Shown: positions 39,569 to 53,438, numbered from the stretch's first letter. The stretch: DNA of 64,000 bases from Octopus vulgaris (GCA_951406725.2 OX597820.1:26164001-26228000), one strand, 5' to 3'. Numbers and translations: made by a program. Notes: generated from the letters alone by a model not told the origin.

Positions 39569-40175
39569 ATTATGTCCCATTCACAAAGCCAACATTAACC
39601 GATTTGTAGGGCAGTAAAGGTGTTGTAGAAAGGTAGATTATTTGTTGACAGGGTGTTAACTCCTGTTTTGTATCTCATGTTTCTGGGATCAAATCCACCA
39701 ATCAGTAAGGCTTTTTCATTATACCTGAGATTGATTACATAGCAAAAAAGAACCAATATTATGATGACCCTTTTAGAGAAGAAAGAAAATAGGAAAATGT
39801 TTTGAAATGCTAACTCATGCTAAATGACTTGTTTTAGAATCGTGGATGAGAATTTTTCCTCTATTAGAGCTGTCTGTTGTCTTGACGACTTGATCTCTGA
39901 AAATATTCCATGTAGGATTGAACTAATTATTCCGTTTACTGTATTGACAGTTGATATTTTGAATCTCTTCTAGTTTTCATGTTGATATCTAATTTTTTTG
40001 CAAATAGTAACTGTGAAAAGTAATAACTTGGCTGGCCATTCTTTTCTATGCTACACATTTGGTTAAAATAAGCCAATGGAAGAGGAGGAGCAGTGGCCAT
40101 GTAACCATTAGTTCCTCTCAGACTGTTGGGTAAGGTTGTTCCCCCACCTGACTAAAGACTTGTATTGTTGACATT

Positions 40176-40400
40176 ATCATCATCATCATCATCATCATCA
40201 TCAGTCCATGTTCTATGTTAGCATGGGTTGGACATTTTGACAGGATCTGATGGGCTCAAGGACTGTATCATGCTCTAGTAACTACTTTGGCATAGTTTCT
40301 ATACTCAAATGCTCTTCCTGATACCCCCTATTTTACAGCATCTACCAGGTGCCTTTTCTCATGCCACCAGCACTAGTGAAGTTGTGATGCAGCTTGCACC
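40176..40400 (-). mobile_element. SINE family C with (CAT)n tail
   Basis: (cat)n then ...tagcatgggttggac...tgccaccagcactagtga. Confidence 0.8.
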
Positions 40401-42599
40401 AAAGGGACAGCTTTACACTAAGAAATTAGGGGTAAAACTACGAGAAAAAGGGCCAGAACAGAACTAATAAGTGTATTCCTCTGCTTCCTCCTCACTGGTT
40501 TTATTAATCAAAGACAGTGGCCTCTTTTTCCGGGCAATTTGTCTGCTTTCAGAAGCTCAGCCCCATACTCTGAACTGCTGTGAGTTTTAGTGTTATGGAA
40601 AAATAAATCAGATGTCTAAAAGTCCTGTTTGCAACCAATGCTAAGTGCTATGAGGGAAAAAAACCCTTAATGGCTTTTTTCATAAGCAGAGGCTCTTTGT
40701 AAGAGTGATTTCCATATTTGTTTTACAAGCTGTCAAACCTCTCCCATTCTATATAGCATCAAAGGGAGATAGTGCTAGTTAAAGTACTGAACTAATTGGT
40801 AATTGATGAGTAGTTTGGTAGCTTTGTGGTGCCATGATTGAATCCTCCCTTACAAAGATGACAGCTTGTTCCTGAAAACATTCCTGAAATCAACAAGATA
40901 GGAAAGCTATTTTTACTCTGCACTGTTAGAGTGGCCATTTTGTATTAGTGAAACAAAATCTGCATTATTTTGATGATGGTTGCTACTAACATGTACTGGT
41001 GCTATATAAAGAACACGTTAACCTGCCAAATCTTGAAATAAAAAAAATGAAAATGAAACCACCCCCACCTTCCACCATTCTTCTGTTCCAATCTGGTAGT
41101 CATAGCGATCACTTTGAAGTCTCTATTATGCCACCATTTCTTCTCTTCCATGCCCACCACTTGCAGTGAGTTAACATACCCCCATCTAAAGTCTCTTATT
41201 TTGGGGAGATGGCATTCTTATAAATAAATCCAGCTTGCATAAAAGTTTTCATGAAACAAAGTTAAATTTAGTGTTGCTTTGTTGTACCACTTTATAGCTT
41301 TGTTAGGTCAGAATGTTGGATATAAGGAAGTAGACACTTTGAATGAATTAATATTTTTTCACAGACATGTTTCTTAACATCTTTTTACCTTTCTGTATGA
41401 ATTCGCGATGCCTTCTCCTCTATGTAGATTCTCAATTTGATAAAGAAATGAAGAAAGAAATACACAAAATAACAAAACTATGAACACGAGAAATTCCAGT
41501 TTTTAGTCTAAAACTAACTGCAGTTATTTTCTGCTTACTAAATTGCAACTAGAAATTGACTGGAGAAAATGTCTGCTGAAATCCCCCTCTCAACCTTTCA
41601 CTTTTGACACACATACAATCCACTCCCTCAATGTACACGCACGCACACACACACACACACACTGGTTAGAACATATGCAATAAAATTCTACTGTTGATCT
41701 AAAAATGATTTATTTACATTAGAATAGTTCAAGTTTATTAAGCGACTGAAATTTTTATAACCAGAATATGAAAGTGAAAGGTGACAAGTAAGGATCCTTC
41801 CTGGTACTATAGGAAGGAGGAGTTGATAAGTTAGATTAGTCCAGAGGATTGCTGTGAATGTAATATTTGATGTTAAATAGTTTCTGTGTAGGCCATTGAG
41901 ATTTTGTTTACTTCCAATCTCTTATTTTTCTCTGAGGTAGAGAGCATGGTGATCGCAGCCTATATGGCCTATCCACACTGCAAAACATATGTGCATATGC
42001 ATGTGCACACACACACACACACACACACAATGTACGCTTTTCATTGTTGGAAAGATCAGCAAAAAAAAAAAACAAAAAAAAAACTCCGCCCAATAAGACA
42101 TTTAATAAACACAAGATTTATGTGTAAGTTACTAAAAGTCTTATCCTCGGAGAGTACAATAGTTGGATGAACTTTTGTAGCATGCTCTGCGCTATCCTGC
42201 AATCATCATCATCTTTAACGTCCATTTTCCATGCTGGCATATGCATATACATACTTCTTTTACCCCCTCACCCCATAACGATATTTACCAACAAGCACAC
42301 CTCCACTTTTCCTCATCATTCACTATATTCACCTTTACACTCATCTCAAACCATCTGTCACTCTCTTCTAATACTCTTATGAACACATCCAATCAGCCCT
42401 CCAGTGGTATTCACATACCTTGTCACCAACATCTTTATCATCTCTCTGGTTACTCCTACAACACTCCTGTATAATGCAGGGGGTGTGGTTAAGCTGTTTC
42501 TCTCTTCTGTAGCAAGATACCTGTGCCTGTCCCTCTGTCATACTTTCAATACTTGGTACAAAGCTACTTCCCCCCCTCTACAACGCCACTTAATTTTTT

Positions 42600-42818
42600 T
42601 TTTGTATTATTGCATGTTACTTGGCAACCTCATTGGTGCCAGTGAGTATTACGAAAAACTCACCCAGTACACTTTAAAGTGGTTGGTGTTAGGAAGGACA
42701 TCCCACCCTAGAAACCATGCCGAAGCTGACATTGGAGCTCAATAGTCCCTTGACTCATTGGATCCTGTCAAACTTCCCAAGCCAAGTCAGCATGAAATAC
42801 AGACATTAGACAATGACA
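42600..42818 (+). mobile_element. SINE family C (a degenerate family A tail-2 copy follows, about 42845-43135)
   Basis: gcatgttacttggcaacctc...aaagtggttggtgttaggaagg...agaaaccatgcc...cagcatgaaatacagacattag. Confidence 0.8.
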
Positions 42819-44746
42819 TATGCATGCACGTGCACACACACACAGTATAGTAGATGGAAGCTGTAGAAAGTCTTTCATGCATGTGCACTTACGTGTATGA
42901 ATGTTTACATTGTACATTGAGCTAAACAATGGCTCATGTCATTTGTTGACATTTTCCTGATTATCAAATTGTCCAATAGCTCTATGCTTTCAGAGATGAG
43001 TGGAATGAAAACTCCTTACATTGGATTTTAAAAAAAAGGAGTTGGGGGTAAGGATTAGTGACAGGAGGGACACCTAGCTGTAAAACAATGCTTCAGTAAT
43101 ATGTATGCATCCAATCCATGCTAGTATGGAAAAACCAACAGAAAACAAACAGATAAATGGTGTTTGTGTTTGTTTAAATAAGCATAGTTGCTTGTAGCTT
43201 CAGGTTTTATTGCAGTTTTGGTTTGTATTTATGCCCCCAAACATACCTTTTGGATGCAGTTAGAAGAATTTAGGTACATGAAGTACCTTGAAACATCAAA
43301 GATCCTTTCTCTCTCACTTCTCTCTATAGACACTTACTTCTCTTGGTTATGTTTTTATATGAATAGGGAAACTATTATCATCATCATTTTTATCATCATC
43401 ATTATTATTATTCACATGAACTGCAACACTCTTCTATTATTATAGTATTTTTCTTTGGTTTCTTTGAAATCAACTCTTTCTAACATTATTAGTCTTATAT
43501 TAATTGCAGCCCTTTTTCAAAACATAGATAAAGCATTTTGCTAAAGACACAGAAGGAGCTGTTGAGAAGCAACCTTGGACTTGTTATCTTTGTTTTGGGT
43601 TTGTTTTCTGTAATAGATATGTAAGATTTCATTAAATAAACTATTGTTTTAGTCTTTATTTGCCTAGCTTACATGCTTTGTTAATTCCCTCTTTATATAC
43701 ATATATACTTTCTCCATCTCACGTATATAGATTTTTAATGAAAGCAAAATATTGAAACTTATATGCAAGCAAAGTCTTTCTTTTTTTTCCTAGATTAATG
43801 TTTTAGACAAAAGCAAAAGAAGGCATATGTGTGTTTGGGTGGCATTTTTCAAAAGATGGCAGTTCTCTTATCTTTTCTATTGTAGTAGCAGAGATGAATG
43901 TTAGGTTTTGTTCAGTAGAGTTTTTTAATCAACTAGTTTAATTAACTTGGCTTCATTTTTATTATGGTAAATATTAAAAACCTTAGAAATGTACACCATA
44001 TTATATTTTATTTTAACTCTTTGCTGTTCATGTTAATTCTTCAATATATTTGTTGCTTTTATTCTAACTCTTTACATGTTAAGCTGCCGTGCAGGCTTTT
44101 TAAATCTGAATGTTCCTCTGAAGTCTGACCCCTAGTACATTTAATTGTCAAATGTGAGTGACACTAGTTTTCAATACAGATAAACCAACAATAACAGCAT
44201 TATGGGGGTACTTGTGCCAGAAATCTATTTGTGTGTGTCAGTACTTTGACCATTCAGTTTTATAACACTTAACTAACAATCTTTATAAGTTTGCAGTTTT
44301 GTTTTTCTCTTCTCAGGGAAAAAAATATATGAAAAGATAAAAAAAAATAGCTATGGCTTTCAATTGGTTATGTTTAATTGAAAACTTTTCATTTTTGATT
44401 GGCTTTACATGTAGTTTTGAATTTACTTCAAATATAGTATCAAATTCATGAAAGTGTTAGATTATTTAATTTGAAGTGGCTAAAAAAAAAAACACCTTTT
44501 TTTTTTTATTACCAACATTAAATTGTAAAATTTTAAACTTTTTTCTATTTTGTTAATATTACAGGTTGTCTTTGTAAACATGTGTATCATATGACCTGAT
44601 TCTCATGGCAGAATCCTTTGAATTGCTGAAAACATTCTAATAAAACTAGAAGAGTCTTGAGTCCAGATGTCAATATGGTAGATCATAAATTGTTAGTTGC
44701 AAAAAAAAAATCCAGATGCTGCCTTCAAAGTGGCATTGATCAATAT

Positions 44747-44748
<2 letters not shown>

Positions 44749-44786
<38 letters not shown>

Positions 44787-45105
44787 CAACAACAACCCTT
44801 TCTACTAAAGACACAAGGCCTAAAATTTGATGGGAAGGGCCAGTCAATTATATCAACCCTAGGGCATGACTAGTACTTATTTCACCAACCCCTAACGGAT
44901 GAAAGGCAAAGTCGACTTTGGTGTAATTGAATCTCAGAATGTAAAGATGGACAAAATACCGCCAGTGCTCAACTGCTTATTTTTATTGATCCTGAAAGGA
45001 TGAAAGGCAAGTTTGACCTTAGCAGAATTTGAACTTAGAAAATAAGGCTGGAAGGAATGCAACATAAAATTTTGTTTGGCATGCTGATTCTGCAGCAGGT
45101 GGTAC
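44749..45105 (-). mobile_element. SINE family B (two fused partial copies) with (AAT)n(AAC)n tail
   Basis: ggatgaaaggcaa at about 44897 and 44998; ctttctactaaagacacaaggcc abuts the (aat)n(aac)n run at 44749-44795. Confidence 0.85.
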
Positions 45106-45237
45106 TGTTGTTTTCGATGCAAAATACACTAAAAGCAATGGAATCTCTTGTGGACTTGCAGAAAAACCAGAACTTTGGTAGTTAATGGGGTCGTCTGCTC
45201 AGTTGTCTCATTAGAGGTAGTTAATAGTTCTTGTTAA

Positions 45238-45449
45238 CCCTTTAGCATTTAAATAGGTCATATTTGCCAAAATATTCTTGTTTTTATGCTCAGACCAGCC
45301 AAATCTATCTTCTCACACCTACCTTACAATGTCATTCTAAAAAAAACTATCATATCATTGAAATTTCAAAGGGACAAGACAATGTATGATTAATTCAAAA
45401 CAATGCATAAATAAGCATTATATTTGGCAGTAATTTGAATACTAAAGAG
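45238..45449. mobile_element. piggyBac-like MITE (family 1)
   Basis: ttaa|ccctttagcatt...aatactaaagag|ttag; homologous to 25010-25222. Confidence 0.8.
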
Positions 45450-45453
45450 TTAG

Positions 45454-45673
45454 CCCTTTCATTACCAACCCGACTGAAACTGGCTCTGGCTCCGAGTACA
45501 AATTTCTTGTTTTCATAAGTTTTGAATTAAAATCTTCCACCAAACCTTAGTCACAATTTATGTTCCTAACATTAGCTGAATGATAGCTAAGTTATTTTAC
45601 TAAATTCTTTGTTATATTTAAAGTAATTGAAACAAACACAGAGCATCTCAAAATATATACAGTAATGAAAGGG
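45454..45673. mobile_element. piggyBac-like MITE (family 2) with perfect 12-bp TIRs
   Basis: ttag|ccctttcattac...gtaatgaaaggg|ttaa. Confidence 0.88.
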
Positions 45674-46901
45674 TTAAATAAGTAGCATTGTAAAGAAAGC
45701 ATAGCTGCCAGAGTAGGAAAAGGTGGAAGAAGTTGCTAGACTTACAGCATGTGTTGATAATGAAGAGTGTGCTCCTCGTTTCTCTCTCTTCAGAAAGTAA
45801 GCTACAAAGTGTTCTGTAACAAGGTAGTGTGACACAAGTATTGACTATGGAAGTCAGGTGGGGGTGAGAGAAACAAGGCAAAGTGTGCTCTGTTGCATGT
45901 GACAGGCAGAGCATAGTAAGTAAACTATTCATTGAAAGCATCAGCTTATCTGTGCAGAATAAATGATTGCACTGATGGCAATATGTGATATGAATGGGAA
46001 ACGGGTACTGTATGCTGTCAGCAGATAGTATCCATGACAGAAGAAGACATAAGCAGACATGAGAAGTCAGATCTTAAGACGAGGAGTCTCTTAAATGAAA
46101 GAACAAAAGATCAAAACAAGTAGTGACCTGTTGTATGGTAGACTTATTCAACCTTTGCCAATATAGACAAACCACTATTAGAAATAGACGATATTATCAA
46201 TCATATTATTTCAAAGTGTATCGTTATTGATATTGAAATATGCTTCTTTTGATCTTGTCAAACTATTAATCGCTCCTGACTTCAATAGAAAATACATATT
46301 GCTTTTTATTTGGGGAAATTCAGTAGATATTTGAACTTCAGTAATGTGTTGATACAGATTAGTGGATCAAGTAGGAATGTATATGAATATTTATTTTATG
46401 TTTTATAGATACAAAATTTGCTTCAATGTTACCCAACACTTGGGATTTGATGGAGAATATTCTTCAGTGCTGTAAACATTTGTAGGTACTAAATTTTTTG
46501 AGATGTGTTCATATTGTGAATAATGTCTTTTACAGAATATTTATGTATCTATGTTTTTACTTAATTTTACCTGTCCAAACTTGCAAGCTTCTCTAGATTT
46601 ATAAGGTCGATTAGGTGCTTTAACCATATCAAACACGTTAATGATAATGAACCTTTTAAAGGTAGCTAGCTTTGAAAGTTGTGGAAAGGACCAAACTTAA
46701 TTTTCTGTGTGAGGTTGCAGATGCTCGGCTGTTTGCTGTTTTTGTCCACAAACCGACTGGTGAGAGCTTCTTGGGTGCAAGCCAGAAAGGAGAGACATAC
46801 GTGAAACAGAGCTGTCAAGACCCTGCAGATATGGGCCTAACTTGAAAGCAGGCTCACAATGGGTCTTGCAACTCTTTTCAGGGGAGATCACTCATTGCGC
46901 A

Positions 46902-46940
46902 ATGAGAGCATGGAGAAACTTTGACTATGCTTTGAAAAAG
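46902..46940 (+). CDS. candidate alternative first coding exon (MRAWRNFDYALKK)
   Basis: GC-richer, apparently non-repeat island at 46700-46950. ATG at 46902 with an in-frame upstream stop at 46761; phase-0 donor AAG|GTAGTG is compatible with the phase-0 acceptor at 62162. Unverified. Confidence 0.25.
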
Positions 46941-48431
46941 GTAGTGGGAGTATTGAAAATCTGAAATCTGATGGTAGTTACAACACTTGTTATTCTTTTA
47001 GTGAATTATGCTTTTCTCTCTCATTACCTTAATATTCTATTTTCTGCATATCTTTAAACTCTTACAACTATTCTCTACATAAGATAATTAACTGGCACAA
47101 AACACCTGCATGTTATGCAAAAATGATAAAACTACTTTCAAGTCTTTTAATGATTTCTGTATGCAAAAGGTGAAACAATCTGCATCACTGAAGGTTGTTA
47201 GATTTGAAGATCATTTTTTTAAAAAACTGCTAAATAAGCTAATCAAGAAAAACAGAAGGAAGGAAAGAAACTATTTACCATTATGGAGGAAGTTTTCTTT
47301 CCATAATTGACTGGGAGTCATGTAGGAAACTGCAAAAACTGTCATGAGGTCAGGATATATTGCTGAATTAGCAGCAATTTAATCTGTAGACTTCTCACCG
47401 AATTGGATGTTATTTGAGAATATGGACTTAATGGATTCAGCATATATCGGTGGACAGTTTGCAGCTGCATATGCCACAACAGTGTCTAGTTAATTATTAA
47501 AGGAAGTGATAAACTCCAATGTGCATTATTAGTGCTCTGTATATTTAAGATTATCGGGCCTGTTTGTACAATTATTTGGAACTTAAAAGATCTCTCCCTC
47601 CCTCCCTGTGTGTGTGTGAAGTTTCAGCAAATGAAAGCATTGAATCCATATGGGAGTTATTGCTCCTTTCTCATATTTATTTATTTTCCTAAATACCACA
47701 TTTTATGGCAGATTCTCAAAAATTACCGGCAGCCATTGTTATTGCCTTTTCTCCTGCTGAATATGGCTAAGGAAAACAAACTTCATTTAATCCTGTTATA
47801 GTAAATTTTCACTTGGTCATGAAACTTGAGTCCCTGCTAAAATGGCATTAATGTACTGTATAAAGTGCATGTTTATATGTGCATGTGTTACACATGTTCA
47901 TAAAGTGACTAATTTATGAAGTGATGTTAGTTTCAATCAATAATTATTTCTAACTGCTGACAAATTGGCCGGGGGGGGGGGGGGTGCAGAGAAATTGAAA
48001 CACAATTATATCTGATGGACAGAAAAAAAAGTGATAACTGTTGTTAAAATATGAGGTAGTTTCTCTTTATCTAAACATATGTTGGTGATTGAAATATGTC
48101 AAATGTAAGATAAAATGATTTAAAAAACTGTAAGCGAAAAATATTATAGCTAAGAATGATGGAAAAAATTTAAACATTATAATACCTATGGTTAATATAT
48201 GAAATAGTTTCACTGCACAATTTAACTCAGTAATTCAGTGTAGTATGATTGGTTTCAAATGTGTACTATGTACCACACATGACAGCAGTTTATGCTGCGT
48301 ACAGAGCATATTCACTTTTTCAAATTTTTAACTGTAATAGAAAATCAACTACAATATAGGAAGGAGGAGAAGATAGATCCAAGAAGTTGTGATGTTCATG
48401 CCTTAATCATTTGAAAATATTTGTCACAAAA

Positions 48432-49102
48432 ATCACAGCTTCAGGTTCAGTTCCACTGCATGATATTTAGAAGCAAGTGTCTGTCTACTATAGCCCTGGA
48501 ACAACCAAAAGTCTTGTGATTTTGGTAGATGAAAGCTCAAAGCCTCTGCATGTGTGTATGTGTGTCTTGATTTCATGAGATTGTTGTAAATGAGTATCAT
48601 CATCATACAAGCTGTCTTTTATCCGATCTTCCAGGAAAACATCTCCAGTCTTGGGAAATATTACCTTGCTTGGAAATGGGTTAGGGCTGGGCTGACCAAC
48701 CTGCGGCCTATGGGCCGCATGTGGCCCACAGACTTTTATCTTGATACTTTCTTCAAGTATTGAGTTTAATTTCAAAATATAATTGTTTGTAATAAAACAT
48801 TTGTTTCAAAATAAATTTCAAATTCATAAGTGGCAATAAAGTGATAGCCTACAATTTTATAATTTCAAACAAATGAAAAGTATGAAAAATTCTTGATTCT
48901 GTAATTTGATTATTTGACTATTAGTGCATAAAGTATACAAGTGGCCCTCAAAAAACTTTGTGTGATTAAAGTGGCCCGCAATGTAATTTGAGTCGGCCAG
49001 GCCTGGGTTAGCGTTAGCAACATGGGGGATCCAACTGTAGTAAATTTACCTCAACAAATTCCATCTGGCCCACGCAGGTATGGAAAAGTGAATGTTAAAA
49101 TG
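48432..49102 (+). mobile_element. SINE family A, tail type 2, interrupted by an hAT MITE
   Basis: Head caggttcagttccactgcatg; the body resumes after 49005 with ...cctcaacaaattcc...tatggaaaagtgaatgttaaaatg. Confidence 0.8.
48687..49005. mobile_element. hAT (Charlie-like) MITE, 319 bp, with 8-bp TSD
   Basis: TSD ggttaggg (48679-48686) / ggttagcg (49006-49013). TIRs ctgggctgaccaac / gtcggccaggcctg match 10/14. Subterminal gtggccc repeats. Confidence 0.88.
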
Positions 49103-50994
49103 GCTACTTTCAATATTGAAGATTGCGAGGTCAAGGGTTTCAAGAACATTTCCTGTGATCATCTGTTGTTGCAATTTGCTTGTCACAGTTTTAAATACCA
49201 ATCCTCAAATCTCAGTGTCTCTTCATAAAAACAGACTTTATTGTATCTCATTACATTACAAACCATCTCTCTGAACACACTGTGTATGCTGATTTTCGAT
49301 TCATATGAGGATTTGTAAGTTTGTCATGATACATTTCACTGTTCAAAGTATTTTTGAGGTCGAATACTAAGTTTAATATTTACATATTAAATAATCAGAG
49401 AGATGAATGAGAAATTTAATTCTGTGCTTGCATGTGTGTGTAATTCTTCCATATTTTCTTCGTAAGATCACTTCAGGATTTTCTTCTTTCACAGCAAATA
49501 TTGTAGCTGAGTTGTAGCTTCAGTCATGATAAATAGACTGTGCTCCGGAATTGACCTCTTAATATTGTTAGTAGGTGCCTTCATTGATGACTTGTATTCA
49601 TTGCTATTGATTTGATTTAGCTATGCCACTGCTGCTGAACTGTCCACATAGCTGAATATCTGTTTTCAATTCCAAATAGTGTCTCATTGAACAAGTGTGT
49701 ATGTATGTATATATATACACATATAGATAGTTACATTGTGAAGAGTAGTAATGAATGTTTTGAATTCAACGATTTCACTAGTGTGAATGGTAAAAATTAT
49801 TCTTGTTTAGACATGCTAGTGCCTGCAGTTGGCAAATGCCATGCAGCTAAGATTGGTGTATTGCATAATAGCTGCAATCTTAAGAGTGCACATCATAGTG
49901 ACTTTGTCGATCAGTTCAAAGTCAAATTATCTTGATAAGCTTTTTCCCTTTCTTCCTTTTGCCCTGAAAACATATAACTTTCTCTTTTTCTTATTGTTAC
50001 ACATTATGCAAAGTATTGTTTTGAATATTTTAATTTATTTATATACTTATTATTATCATTATTATTATTATTATTTTCATTTCCATTTTCGTTGGAATGA
50101 GAATCAAATTTTCCATTACCTATGCCATTGTATAATTTTTATGTAACCTACTTTAAAATTTTTCAGTCCATTATCATTTTGTTTTTCTTTCCCCCTGCTT
50201 TTGTAGCCATCTCTGGTATGTTTAGAATTCAGTCAAATCTAATTAAAAATGCATTTCTTTATTTATTGTCTTCTGCATTAACCTTCACTATGTTTGTTCG
50301 ATTATTTCCTCCACTAAGGAATCCTGGGAAATTGCTGTATTATCTAACTTCAAGTTTCTCATGTGAGATTATATTTGAGTGTGTGTATGACATTTCTTTG
50401 CATATTTATTTTCAGTGTTTATTAAATGACTGTAGTAAACTCCGGAAGTTAATTTCAGAAATAACTTTCATTCAAAACTATCTGCTATGCACAGAACATT
50501 TTGTAATTGTTTTGTTAGATAATGGCTTCTTGGCTTCTCTCATTGCTTATAATGCTGTCTATGCCTTCTCTTTAGCTTAGTCCTTTCTTTTCAAGTGAAG
50601 GTTGATTTTCTGTATTATTTAAAAAAAAATTTTTTTTTTTTTTTAATTGTTTTGTGTCCTTTTAAAAACATTCCTTTTCATACTGTGGTTTTGCTTTTAG
50701 TTCTCTTGGCAATTGAATTTATCTAGCTATAATTTGTTATTACAATATGCTGTCATCATAATAGCTACATCTTTGGGCAGCTACTTTACATCCAGCTGGC
50801 CATTGGCAACTTTTCTAAGTGCTTTGTTTCCCAATGCACTGACTCTGACTATACATTTACTGAGTGGATGTTACCACTCAATTATACCTATTCATTAGCT
50901 TGATTTCATCACTTTGTTATAGAGAGAGAGAGAGAGAGAAAGTGTACAAGTTTTCTCAACAGGCTTTCCTTTTCTTTTGTATATTGAAACACCC

Positions 50995-50995
<1 letters not shown>

Positions 50996-51081
<86 letters not shown>
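50996..51081. repeat. (CT)n(AT)n microsatellite
   Basis: Directly visible. Confidence 0.95.
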
Positions 51082-51085
<4 letters not shown>

Positions 51086-51873
51086 CAATTTTTTGTGTAA
51101 GTTGCTTATATTTGCCTGATATTAAATGCTTCACAAAATTGTATTGTCTTTGATTATGGTATTTACGGCTCATGAATGTTTGCAGTATTTTTCTGGTAAA
51201 AGGTAGAAAATTTTGTATGTTAAGTTTGTATTCCTCTGAGGTAGGTGAACATTAGAAGGAGGGGGGAGGGCCTGTAATACTCGCTCACCTACCTGAAAGA
51301 AAATATAAACTCCCTTTCACCAGCAATCCATCTTAATTTATGCTTGTACTTCGACTCTACCCCACACTCACTCTCCAAGGTATTAACTATTTTGATTGTG
51401 GAATGTAAGAGAATGAGAGAAGCTAAGCAACAGCAACACTACCGAAGAAGAGTAAACATTGTCTGCATTAATTATTGAGCACCATCCACTTCAGATTCTG
51501 CTCTTATTAGAGCTGGCTCACTCCTGCCTGCTTCCAAAAAAGGGCACTGTGGTACTGGGGGAAGTTGAATCGATGTAAACAAGCTTTCTTTGCCTTGTTG
51601 TCAGGGCATGTTAGTGTATGTAGGTCAAACATGGATTTTGCTACAGAACACAAACATTATATCAATGGCTGACTTGCACTGGCACCCACTTTTTTTTTCT
51701 TTTGTGTCTATTAAAATAGAAATTAATGCAGGCGAGGAGGCTGCATCAGTGTCCCTTCCTTCATCTCTTACACAAACGTTGTTTGGCTTGATTCTGTTCT
51801 GTTTTGTTTCCTCTCAGTTGTTAACAGCTGAGAGGTTAGTATTATTCATTCCCTATCTATCTCTCTGTCTCTG

Positions 51874-51875
<2 letters not shown>

Positions 51876-51914
<39 letters not shown>

Positions 51915-51990
51915 CAGTCACTTTTCCATTCACAAGTCTCAGCTATCAATTTTTCCTGCGCATATTTTCTGCTGTATTTTCTTCCAGTGG

Positions 51991-52049
<59 letters not shown>
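51876..52049. repeat. (CA)n at 51876-51911 and (TG)n at 51992-52049
   Basis: Two mutually complementary dinucleotide runs about 80 bp apart. Confidence 0.9.
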
Positions 52050-52052
<3 letters not shown>

Positions 52053-52223
52053 CTAAAACAAATAAAAACTTCTTTCTTTTAAAGATATGGTGCATTTTTT
52101 TTTTTATATTTTAAAACACAATATTTTACATCCAAAGTGTATTAACTTTGAAAATTTAATGTTTCAGATATGTTAGAACATATCTGAAAACAATTTACAA
52201 ATATTTGTTACACAATGTGTGTG

Positions 52224-52267
<44 letters not shown>

Positions 52268-53438
52268 TATATATTTATATACATACACACATATATATAT
52301 ATACATATATATATATATTAAGAGAGTAGAAATACAGCCTTTGACTACATGTTCATAAGCTTTTTAGTTTTTGATTTTAAATCTTTGCAGTTCACTTTTG
52401 CTGTTGATTACTTTAGTGTTGATAAAATACGTATCAGCACTTAGATTGAGATCAGTTCGTTTCGCTCTTCCTGCTGCTCCTTCTCCTCGTATGAGGAAGT
52501 GAAAATCAAGTCCAATCCCAGTTAGAACAAATAAGTATGTGTATATAAGTGTGTTGTTTGTAAATGAAATAGGTGATGCCAGATGCATTTCCAAGAAGAA
52601 ATACCAGTCAGAACACCACTGAAAGTGTTTTAGGGAAACAATAACAGAAAATTAACTTCAAAATATGACAATGTTTTTATACTTTTACTCTGTTGTCTAA
52701 ATAGTTGTTAATTGCTATTTTGTCAGAGTTTTCCTTTTAAATATAAATTCATGTTGTCATCATCATCATCAGCAGCAGCAGCATCATAAGTAAATTTAAA
52801 TGTAGATGTTTATTTCTGATTGTTTTTGTTGTTGTTATGGTGGTGGTGGTGTTGATGGTGTATATGCATGGAAGCTCATGCACTTGATCCTGTGCAATGT
52901 ACATTAACTTATGCATATTCTAGTCATGAAGTTCTGAATGATGAGTGTGTTGATAAGAATCTGAAAATTTACAAACAGCCAATATCATTTCCACATTGTC
53001 TCTGCATTAATGGTATGCTAATGTTTTCAATTTGTTTATATGGTTGTTTATCAAATCCAATAATGACTCCATTTTCTCCTTAAATATTGGAACCTTTTGG
53101 GGGCCACAGAATCCCAACTGCTATTGCCAATGTTTTACTTAGCATGTACTCCGTGAGCAAAGAGACTACAGATGAGATTATATTTCTTCCTCACAGACGT
53201 GTGTGGTACCCTGACCATTGCAAACTCAGTGACCACCCTTGAGATTCAAAATCCATTATCCATATTGCAAGAGTTGGTATTAGAGCAATGAAGGTTTAAA
53301 ATGACATTGGAGGTGTACATTTCCCAGTATCATAAGCTTTACTGTGAAGGAGATAAATACAGTTGTGAGTGACTCAAGACAACTGGTACCTCCACTTAAC
53401 AGCCAGAGGCTGCTGGAAATGTGGTCTGTTGGAAACTA

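Noticed and set aside
47410-47495. Short ORF MLFENMDLMDSAYIGGQFAAAYATTVSS*
   Set aside because: No convincing splice sites or recognisable homology.
50122-52114. 152-aa and 174-aa hydrophobic ORFs
   Set aside because: T-rich and microsatellite-driven composition (F/L/I, HT and CV repeats); not protein-like.
53100-53430. Possible Penelope GIY-YIG C-terminal remnant
   Set aside because: Only vague motif echoes across frameshifts; cannot be supported without a profile search.
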